The notes under the pieces: model-generated
Databases searched by the model: none
What the model was told of the DNA's origin: nothing
What the model saw: the letters and a program-made list of their open reading frames with translations, nothing else
In this document: positions 53,309 through 64,000 of the stretch, one piece after another
Layout: every line of letters begins with the position of its first letter
How positions within the stretch are numbered: the stretch's first letter is position 1
Assembly (NCBI RefSeq): GCF_006345805.1
Contig: NC_043005.1
Coordinates: 98,022,001-98,086,000 of the forward strand
Source of the DNA: Octopus sinensis
Taxonomy: Eukaryota
Direction: 5' to 3'
DNA length: 64,000 nucleotides
Position numbers and translations under genes: made by a program

Positions 53309-53653
53309 ACACACACACACACACACAGAACCATGCTAATAGCTTAGGAGTGAAATTTAGGATTTCTCGCTTTTCTGTTAATCGATTTTGATAAAACTTT
53401 TCCCAGCTGGTTTGCACACTATGGCAACGCCATTGTTATGTTTTCATTATTCTGTGTAACGCTATTTCTTTTTTATTTCAGATTCTTCAGCTTTTGAGTG
53501 AACCATGCTAATAACTTTTGAATGAAAACAGCCCATCTAGACATTTATTTTTCAGAAAATGAAGGATAATGGTGCATATTGAGTGTAAATTGAGTATAAT
53601 TTTTAACAGAAAATCATAATAATATTATAACATTTATTGACATAATGAATTAT

Positions 53654-54370
53654 TTAGTCACATGAGTGCCATTTCGATGGATAACTTTAAAAACCCTATT
53701 AGGCATGGAATCTGTCAATTTCTTAACAGTAGCAAGTTGGACTGCCTCTTTTGCAGCTTTGATGGTCCCCCATAACACATCTTTCGATATTAATTGGCTT
53801 CCATTGTCATAAACATCTTGTTTAATGATGGACCAAAGATTTTCAATAGGGTTGAAATCCAGAGATGCTGGTGGCCACACCATCAACCTTCGTATACCGT
53901 AAGACCCTAGAAATGTTTGGGTGGTCCAAGCAAAGTGATTGAGAACATTGTCATGCATGAATGTGAGATTCCTTAAATGTGACAGTAGTTTGTAATCTAG
54001 CCAGGGATCCAAGACCTCCTTCAGGAGATTGCAGTAGGCAGCTGCGGTCACTTTAACCCTTTCAGGAATCCTGACTGGGCCAACAAGTTTGTTCCTAATG
54101 ATATCAGCCCACAAAATGACCCCTCCACACTGTTGTGCTCATCTTCAAAAGAGACCCAACCATTTGCCCAACCGATAGGTCTGTCAAGGGTCACCCTGGT
54201 TTCGTCAGGGAACAGAACACAACTCATGTCTTACATCATGTACTTTTGGGCCCATTGAAGCCTCAAACTACTGTGATGGGGCAATTTCAAGGGTTCTCGC
54301 ATGGAAGACATGATCTTGAGGATTTCTGGTAGTTTTCAGTACATGAGGAAATCCGGAGGTGGTGAAAAGG
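53654..54370 (-). mobile_element. Tc1-like transposase fragment, degenerate
   Basis: VLFPDETRVTLD, FMHDN, WPPASLDFNPIENLWSIIK. Confidence 0.85.
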
Positions 54371-55988
54371 GCTTTGCTTTTTTGTCCAGGTTTCCTACAT
54401 AACTTGTGGATTCCTTATACTCCACTATACTGTGTAGTTGACAAATATCAAAGATGGACAATGCACATGACAATTTATCCATCGCACCCTGTATATACAA
54501 TGGGCTTCTTTCAGTTTTCTTCTACTAAATCCATTCACAAGGCTTTGGCCAGCCCGAGGCTATAGTAGAAGATATTTACCCAAGATGCCATGCAGTGGGA
54601 CTGAACCTGGAACCATGTGGTTGAGAAGCCAGCTTCTTACCACACTGCCACACCTGTAGCTGTTATTCTTAAATGTTAATGTAAAAAGGAAATCACATCT
54701 TGTAACACCTGCTTTCCTGTTAACTATGGAGTATTTATTATCACATGTAAGTAATTATGTGTCCTAGCAGTTAGGGTTACCCACTCATTGATTGTAATGT
54801 AATGAGTTTCAATTCCTGGACCAGGTGGCACGTTGTGTCCTTGAGCAAGACACTTCATTTCCCTTCATTGCTCATGTCTATCAGCTGTACTGAGCACCAG
54901 CCAGATTGCTGCTGTATAGTCCTCTTTCTCTCCAACCACCAAATCTTGGATATTTTGTTGCATCAAGGGTGATGGGGGTTGAGAAAGTGTCTATGGCTGC
55001 TTCCAGCTGCATAGCTCTTAAAACAATGAGAATAAACGTAGTAGATACTACCAAATCATGCTCACCCCTGAGTGAATGGCTCGCTTATACTGTACTATAT
55101 ATTTTCACCTCAAAACAACATATAAAGCGAAGATAATGTAACCAGCTGAGCACCAGGAAATATAACAGTCTCCACTAACAACTCTTTATACATCAACGTA
55201 CATTCATGTGATTCTATTATAAGTCACTCTCACGATGTAATGGTGATATTACCTTGCATAGTTCAATTATATTAAATTTTCTTGTGAATCAAAACCAATT
55301 AATGGTTGTTTATTTTCTTTCCAGTCAATTCATTCTAAAGTGCTGAATGAAATGGATTGCCAACTTTTGGTTTTTATGGTTGCTTTAGAATTGAAAAATT
55401 GATTTTAAAAATCAAATTAATCAATTCTATGCATTTCCAAATAAAATCAATAAGAGGAATAATAATTTCTTAAAGCCACAGAGAATTAGAAATATGCAGT
55501 GTTTTTTGTTTTGCATTGAAATGGACAAAATTTGTCGAATGTATACATAGCTTGTTGCTTTATATTTTTAGCAATAAATTTGTAGAGGATATTGACTTTC
55601 CTCTTGGAGGTACTCATGTCATATCTCTGTATCTAGTCACTTCATTTATCTTTAAGTTTTAGACTCAATTTTGTTTCATTATGCTAATTAGTGTTGGTTA
55701 GTAACACAGTGCAGTTTGAACATTCTGTTTCTTCATCCTCATCAGTAGCATCGTCGTTGTTGGCGTCATCATCATCGTCATTGTTCTCATCCTCATCATC
55801 ATCACCACCACCATCTTTGTCATTGCTGTCATTTTAGCATCCACTTCTTTTATGCTTGCATGAACCAGATGGAATTAGTTGAGGCAGGGTTTTCTACCTC
55901 TGGATTCCCCTCATTTCACCAAACCTAAACTGTGACCCGACAAGGTAATGATTCTAAAAGTCAAGCACATTCTTCAGTGGAATTGAAA

Positions 55989-56260
55989 AATGAACAACAT
56001 GACTTGTGTGACAATGATACTTGCTTGTGACCATCACATGGCATCAAGACATGGGTATATATGCATACACTATTCATGTGCACAACCATACATATACATA
56101 AAGCTGCACCAGGCACCATGGGTGCAGATTCATGTATATGTATGGCTGTGCACATGAATATATGTATGTGCGTGTGTGTGTGGGGTGTATGCATATATAC
56201 CCATGTCTTGACATGTGATGGTCACAAGCAAGCATCATTGTCACACATGTCATGTTGCTC

Positions 56261-56263
<3 letters not shown>
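55989..56263. repeat. ~275-bp nested fold-back
   Basis: Outer ~80-bp arms and inner ~40-bp arms both reverse-complementary, ~25-nt bulge on the right arm. Confidence 0.85.
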
Positions 56264-56307
<44 letters not shown>

Positions 56308-56645
56308 ACACACACACATATATAGGGGACCAAAAGACACCTGTTGTTTATGTCCTATTGTTTGTATTTGTAATTGTGTACCATTTCTCCATTTTTTCGT
56401 CCTTATTTTGTATACATTCGCTTGCTTTCTTCCAAAGAATTTAGTGCTCTTAGATTAGATTTTCTTGGGGCTGGCCAGATTAGAGTAGTCTCGAGAGTAA
56501 CTGGCTGAAACTGCAAAGACTATCTGGTACTCAACTGAAGATTGAAAGCTCCAAATGATCTGGCCTTATTTGTATCATCTAACTGTCCAAATGTTTTGAT
56601 GTCACCTGTTGCTTTTGTTCCATTTTTGTTTTGTTTATATGTATG

Positions 56646-56685
<40 letters not shown>

Positions 56686-57224
56686 CATATACATGAATAT
56701 ATAAATGAAGCCAGGTGCAGTTTTTTGGCTTGTCAGCTCCTGTCAACCTGTCCAACATATGCCAGCGTGGAAGATGGATGTTAAATGATGATGATGTTTA
56801 TATATAAGTATGTATATATGTATATATATGTGTATATATGTGTGTGTGTATACCTATGTATGAATGTATGAATATATGTTTGTATGTATGTATGACTCTA
56901 TCTATGAACATATATAAATACATACAAACATATATATACATATACACACACATAGAGTTTCCAGTCCTCCAAGTTCCATATCAGTTAACTTTTTCTCAAC
57001 TACAATTTCAATCTTTATGCTTTCCAATGCTGTTGACTTTTCACCAACACACCAAGCTGTTCCTGAGAGAGGAAGACAAAGTCATCAAGTTTATTCTGAA
57101 CACCCTATACATACATACACACACACATACATACATACATACATACATACATACATACATACATACATACATACATACATACATACATACATACATTGGG
57201 GCCCTGGGATATGTAACACACTGC

Positions 57225-57632
57225 CTAAATACCAATCTTGAGAAATTAGACTTCTCAAAACTAGAAAGAAGAAAGCCAACCGAAGATCCAATCCATCACT
57301 GGAACTGTAAAAATCTGTAAAACTTTCCAGAAGTTTATCATCTTCAATGAGAACCTTTTCCCATATAACAACGCTCCACATTCCCTGAACTTCACCCAGC
57401 CAAGTCTTATTCTTGTTGTCAGAGTTGCTTCACATCCACCACTTACATCCATCCTATCTTCCAAATAACAAAACCCTCTCACCGTTTCCACCTTGTTACA
57501 TAATGTTTTCACTGGTTCCACCAGCCCTCCAGTTCCTTTCTCACATCTTCCACTAACAAACTCTCTTGCCACTCTTGGGGTCACCGTCTTCATTTTCATA
57601 CATCTACCATGAATCCATTTCTCACATATCAC
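57225..57632 (-). mobile_element. RTE LINE fragment with Cys/His (PHD-like) insert after the RT
   Basis: ICEKWIHGRC...FVSGRC...VRGFCYLEDRMDVSGGCEATLTTRIRLGWVKFRECGALL. Confidence 0.75.
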
Positions 57633-58078
57633 ATAGGTGCTGCCAGGGTTGTGTGGTAAAAAGCTTGCTTACCAGCCACATGGTTCTGGGTTCACTCCCA
57701 CAGTGTGGCACCTTGGACAAGTGTCTTGTACAATAGCCTTGGGGCTAACCAAAGCCTTGTGAGTGGACTTGGTAGACAGAAACTGGAAGAAGCCCATCGC
57801 ATGTGTGTGTATGTGAATGTCCTTGTGTGTGTGTGTGTTTGTCACCCCCATCACTGCTTGACAACTGGTGTTGGTGCATTTATGTCCCCATAATTCAGTT
57901 GCTTGGCAAAAGAGACAAATAGAATAAGTACTAAGCTTCAAAAAAAAAAGTCCTTGGGTCGAGTGTTTAACTAAAACCTTTCAAAATGGTACTCCAGTAT
58001 GGCCACAATCAAATGATTGAAACAAGTGAAAGAGTGAATGAGTAAAAGAATATACTCATTTAATATATATATATAATA

Positions 58079-58456
58079 CACTTGCGTCAGATTAATTAGC
58101 ACTTCTCAAATTTCTACATTAAATAGGTTAAATCAATTAACCTATGAGCTGTTCAAAACGTCTTACGCGATGAGAAAACTTAGTATGGTGTCATTTCGGT
58201 CCTTGCGAGGCGCTACCTATATCTAGTAAACAAAGGAAGATTTGTCTGCATCCGCACTCCAAGTTGTTGTTGCACTGCTATGTCAACATCATAAGGCTGT
58301 AGACTCTCAAACTGCTCTGCAAACAAAGTTACGTCATCGTTCTGCGCAACAGTGAACTCGCAACAAAGCAATAGTTCGAGATATGGCCACTAGGTGACAG
58401 CACATACCTTGAGTGAAGAGCAAATCAAGGGTGCTAATTAATTTCTGACGGTAGTG
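58079..58456. mobile_element. Tc1/mariner-type MITE (378 bp) with ~25-bp TIRs and TA target duplication
   Basis: TA|cacttgcgtcagattaattagcac ... gtgctaattaatttctgacggtagtg|TA. Confidence 0.8.
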
Positions 58457-58488
<32 letters not shown>

Positions 58489-58716
58489 GCGAAAATTTGA
58501 GGTTATAAGAGGTAATGGTGTCATTGAGACCCAAAGGTGTCAGGTAATGCTGAATAAGTGCTATAGACAGACTATAGTTAAGTTCCAGATTTGGTAATAT
58601 TGCGAATAAAGGGATCGACGTTTGTTCTATGCCACCGTGTGTATATATGAATTTTTTGCGTAATGAGATAAAAAAAACCAAGGCTGTATAGATATTAGAG
58701 CATTTATAGATAGAAG

Positions 58717-58768
58717 GTCTTACAGCTGTTTCTAGGATATTAATTAATAATATCCCTTCATTGGAGAC
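58717..58768 (-). ncRNA. Relic minimal type-I hammerhead (core mutated to CCAAUGA)
   Basis: Minus: gtct CCAATGA ag-ggatatt-attaatt-aatatcc-ta GAAA cagctg TA agac; palindromic ACAGCTGT stem III. Confidence 0.5.
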
Positions 58769-61700
58769 GGTGGGAGAGAAAAAAATTTAGTCATAGTTAG
58801 TTTCGATGTGATACAAAATAGAGAGTAAGGTGGAGGAAAGAAATGTATGGTTATTGAATTCGTAAATCTGTTTTATGTATATATATACAAACATTCATGT
58901 TGCTCCAGTTTTTCGAGCTGAAAATGACTACCAGCAGTACATGGAAGTTCACACTGTAACAAACTGGCCTCCTGTTTAGGTGAAGTGGGGATTTTGTGCT
59001 TCCAGACGAAATGTTCTGAAAATCCAGCCTTATGAGTCTGTAGACTTGAAGTAAACTTTTGGCTCTTTTCAAGCCTCCTATACTTGTACGTTTCCTCTCT
59101 GACTAAATTGTATGGCCTTTTAAATCTTTAAATATATACAAACATTTCCAGTTTTTTATGTTCAGAGTTCAAATTCCCCTGAGGTTGGCATTGCCTTTCA
59201 TCCTTTTAGTTTTGATAAAATGACTACCAGTTGGGGACTAGGGTTGATGTAATTGACTGTTCCCCTTCCCTAAAACTGCTGGCCTTGTGCCAAAACTTGG
59301 AACTAGTATATGCCAAATATACCAAATATTTTTTCTTCTAAGAAACTGTGACTCACATTATATTGTCAACTCAATAGAAAATTTTCTTGTAAATTTCTAT
59401 TTCTTTGAAGAAGAACTCTTCATAAAATATTAATATTGATTTCCTCATTAAACTTATTTCACAAATTTTATTAACTGTTTATTTATCAAAGGCAACATAT
59501 CACGGGTTTCCTCAATTTTCAGTTGTTTTATTTTTGCCATAAATAGCATAATTAAGTACAAATATGGCACTTTGACGTCAGATTATGTGTTCTTATGAAC
59601 TTGAATTTTGAAATCAAATCAATTCTCACAAGAAAACCGCATACATAAGTGCAGGCATGGCTGTGTAGTAAAAATTTTGCTTGGTTCTGGGTTCAGTTCC
59701 ACTGTGTGGCATCTTGGACAACTGTCTTCTACTCTAGTGCTCAGCAGACCAAAGTTTTGTGATTGAATTTGATAGGCAGAAACTGAAAAAAAAAACCTGT
59801 CCTCTGTATATATGTATATTGGCTACATACAGTGAGGATAACATTCCACAGGCTGGAGCAGTCTGAATGGGAAATGATACTCCACTTACCATATCCGCTG
59901 GACATTGGCCCATCTGGTTATCATTTATTCCACAATCTTCATAATCAACTGGACAGAAAATATATGAATTCTGTGGATGAGGTCACAACAGTACTGGACA
60001 ATTCTGGAAAGAGGGTGTTTTCAAGTTAAAAGAAAGATGGAGACACATTGTGCAACAAAATGGCTCAAATTTGGTTGATTAAAAATGTAATGGCAAGTAT
60101 TTATTGACTTTTTCATTCCTTTAAAAATCGGCACAAACTTTCCGGACAAATATATGTAAATATATATATATATATAATATATATATATATAATGTATATG
60201 TATATATATATATGTATATATATGTATATATATGTGTGTGTGAGGGCAGCTGCATCGAACTCTCTTATGCACCAAATGGCAATTGCTAAAAAGCATTCGT
60301 GAAGTAAAATCATGTAGCAACACCAAATGGTGGTGCCCCAGCATGGCCACAGCTTTTGAGCTGAAACTAGATAAAAATAAAAAATAAAATATATATATAT
60401 ATATATATGTATGTATATATATATATGTGTATATATATATGTGTGTGTGTGTGTGTGCCTGGAGGAGGTAGTGCTGCCCTGGGTCAAGAGGGTGGCTGCT
60501 GGAAGACCCTTTGTCTGACAACAGGATTTTGCACCATGGCACATAAGCAGGAGAACCCAGTCATGGTTGTCAGAAAATTTCTGTTACTACATCACTCCTG
60601 ACATCTGTCCACCTAACTCCTCAGATGACAATCCCCTTGATTATTATGTGTGGGGTGCAGTTGAGCAAAAGACCAACAAAACTCTCTGTACCACCGAAGA
60701 TGAACCGAAGGCAAAAATTATGGCAGCATTCACCAACTTAAACAAGGAGACCATCTAGAAGAGTTACAGGAGATTGCAGAGTTGTTTGGAGGGTGTGGTT
60801 GAAGCTGATGGCAATTTTATTGACTACATTTAGGCACAGGAGTGGCTATGTAGTAAGTAGCTTGCTTACCAACCACATAGTTCTGGGTTCTGTCGAACTG
60901 CATGGCACCTTGTGCAAGTGTCTTCTACTTTAGCCTCAGGCCAACCAAAGCCTTGTGAGTGGATTTGGTAGATGGAAACTGAAAGTAGCCCATCGTATAT
61001 AATATATTATATATATATATGTATGTGAGTGCATATGTTTGTGTGTGTGTCCCCCAACATCACTTGACAACTGATGCTGTTGTGTTTACATCCCTGTAAC
61101 TTACCGGTTCGACAAAAGAAACCAATAGAATATGTACTAGGCTTACAAAAAATAAGTCCTGGGGTGGATTTGCTCTACTAAAGGTGGTGCTCCAGCATGG
61201 CTGCAGTCAAAATGACTGAAACAAGTAAAAGAATAAAAGAATAAAAGAAATCTGTTAAAATGAGATGTCAGTGTTATTTTCCATTTTTGCGTAATTTAGA
61301 TGATAATTTATTCACAGCACTCTGTATATATATATATATTTATATTATAATATATATACAATATGCATATGGGTATATGTTTGTCTATATATATATATAT
61401 ATATATATATTATATTATATGTGTGTGAAGGTGCAATGGCCCATGGGTAGGGGCACGGGCTCGGTTTCGATTCCCAGACCGGGTGTTGTGTGTGTTTATT
61501 GAGCGAAGACACCTAAAAACTCCACGAGGCTCCGGCAGGGGGTGGTGATCCCTGCCGTACTCTTTCAACACTCTTTCTTCTGTTGGCCTGCTCGCTTAGC
61601 CAGCTGGGTGGCGTCGTTCGAAGGCTAAAACAATGCGAACGCATTGTGACCAGCGATGTGTAGCAACATCTGATGGTCTGGTCCGTCACGTGATATATAT

Positions 61701-62569
61701 ATATATATTTATATGTATATATGTATGTATATATGTATGTATGTACATGTATGCATAATAAATATTTCTGCCATTATCTCCCACTAAAAGTAGATGTTTT
61801 GTTAAAACACAAAATATTGTGTTATGTACCATGAGAGATCCTCTTGCATCGACTTGTGGTGCCCATAGCATTTGTGTTTAGATTAGACATTTTAATATAT
61901 AAAGCACCAACTTTTTAAATTATTTTCTTTCTGTTTGTGATGCCGGAAGGAGAAGTCAGTGTCTATCCTGGGAAAGGTGAAAGAGAGAGAAAGAAAGTAT
62001 TGTAAAGTGTGGTAGATTAGATAGATATAGGTGGGAAATTGAAAGGGTAGGATGTAGCAACTTGTGAGAAAGGCAGGCGTGAATAGTCACTTAAAAATAT
62101 GGCATGGGTAAGGAAACTAGTGGAAGCCTGCATGTCTATAACAGTATTATATTTACTATGGAAGAAATATTTTTGCTCTGCAATGGAAATTTTGTTCTGT
62201 CACTGCTTCTAGACTTAAATAAGGCACACGCACACACACAAACATTACTTTCTTCAATATTTACATCTGTTTTTCATGCTAGAATGGGTTGGACAAATAC
62301 TTATTATTATCCACACCTTCTGACAGTATAACTTACTCCAGCAGTGCCAAACAACATTGATGCCACAGGAATATCCCAATATTTCCGTCCATACTATTGC
62401 AGGCCTCTGTGTCTTTTTGCCCCTCCATTATCCATACAGCCATCATACCACCAAATGGTATATGCTGTAACCACTCAAGCCATGCAGCAACCATTTTGTT
62501 TCACTGTTTGCTGTTCTCAGCTCTCGGCTCTGGTTGGTCCTACTCTCACATGCTTTTGTGTGTGTATAT

Positions 62570-62621
<52 letters not shown>

Positions 62622-63234
62622 ATATTGTGTTAAAAACAGCTCAATAATATATATATATATATATATATATACATTGGAGAAAGAGATATGTATAGATGCA
62701 CGTACATATATAAGAAATTTAAGAGTAAAATATAAATTTTGCTTGGAAACAATGGATAGTTGTTGTGTGTGTTGTTATAAAGGTGTGACGGTGGTGGTGT
62801 TCATTGTTTTATTGTTAGGTGGTAGTATGGAAATAAAAGCAGCGAGCTACTTGTAGAGTAACACTGGTGTTGTTGTTATTATCATTGCTGTTTGTGCTGC
62901 TGATGGTGGCAGTGGCGATTGGGATGTCGATTTTATTGTTGTTGTTGGAATATAAGTAAGGGTGGTGATGGTGGTGGAGGAAGAGCAGAGCGGGGGTGGG
63001 GTAAATAAACAGTGAAGCATTAAGGAGAGTAGTATGGTTGATAAAGGTCGCAATAGAAATGGTGGTAGCAGCAGAAGTAAGTAAAATATAAAAATAGGAG
63101 AAAAGAAAAGCAATAAAACTTAAAAGACAAAACAAAAGAACTGAAGAAGCCAAATACAGAAACTGATGGTTTTTGATGCCATTTTATTTCATTTTTATTT
63201 TCTGCAATTCTACCTTGACTTCTTCTCACTTTCA

Positions 63235-63314
<80 letters not shown>

Positions 63315-64000
63315 TTCCCCCTCTCTCTTACTCTTAAGCTTCCTCTTGTCCTTCTATTTACGCATCTTTTCAATTGCAATACCATTTGCTGTATTATGTG
63401 ATAATCTGATATAAAATAAAAAAATATCTCATGCGTCATTCTCTCTCTTTGTATGTAACACACTCACACACATACACACTCACACACATACACACACACG
63501 CACTTACAAGAAAAATAAAAAAAAAAACAGAACCAAATCTAAGAAAGATAATTCCTTCATTAATGATCTTTTTTGCTTCGTTAAATAAATACAATTCGCT
63601 GTTTGCTTATTTTGTAATGAATTTATGATGATGATGATGATTCTTGAAAAAAGACACAGATTTTGGCAAAGGAGGAATGTCCTGTGTGATTCTCATTCAG
63701 TTGGCACCACTTGCTTTTTCTTCTCTTGAGAATGATTATTAGATCAAAGAGAAAATCTATATTAATAGAGAAGTTGAAGTGGGAATTGGATTTTATACAA
63801 ATACTTTAATCTATCAATGTATAAAAAATAATTTGTTTGTCTGCGTCTCATAAAGGAACCAGCACCAATTACAAACCATTATCACTTGATGACACTCAAT
63901 TCAATGCTGTTTCCGCATTTCAATGTAAGCCCTTAAATAAGGGTGTATATACAGTACACACACACACATACACATGCACACACACGCACACATGCACACA

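Noticed and set aside
62815-63153. ORF with signal-peptide-like N-terminus and His run
   Set aside because: No ATG-anchored start, low-complexity pyrimidine/trinucleotide origin, no homologous motif recognised

Overview
AT-rich, microsatellite-saturated eukaryotic DNA, apparently intergenic or intronic. No host protein-coding gene, rRNA or true tRNA could be supported. The repeat complement (tRNA-headed SINEs, RTE LINEs with (CAT)n tails, dense TA/CA/GATA tracts) resembles what I recall of octopus genomes; this is inference, not checked. Content: (1) a ~6.2-kb full-length but frameshifted Tx1/L1-type non-LTR retrotransposon (9121-15298, minus) inside a (GATA)n array; (2) decayed CR1, RTE, Gypsy-integrase, Tc1, maT (DD37D) and mariner fragments, SINEs, MITEs, Helentron-like elements, fold-back hairpins and minisatellites; (3) the main unexplained signal, five sequence-unrelated type-I hammerhead ribozyme (HHR) motifs found by manual folding. 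They lie in a ~478-bp tandem array with a very long stem II (45.4-47.4 kb), a 362-bp tandem+inverted array with a compensatory U3-A8 core (30.2-31.3 kb), a 559-bp terminally redundant monomer (36.6-37.2 kb), and two decayed singletons (8.0 and 58.7 kb). The architecture matches Penelope-like pseudo-LTRs or retrozymes (non-autonomous, circRNA-forming retroelements). All folds were read by eye, and activity is untested.
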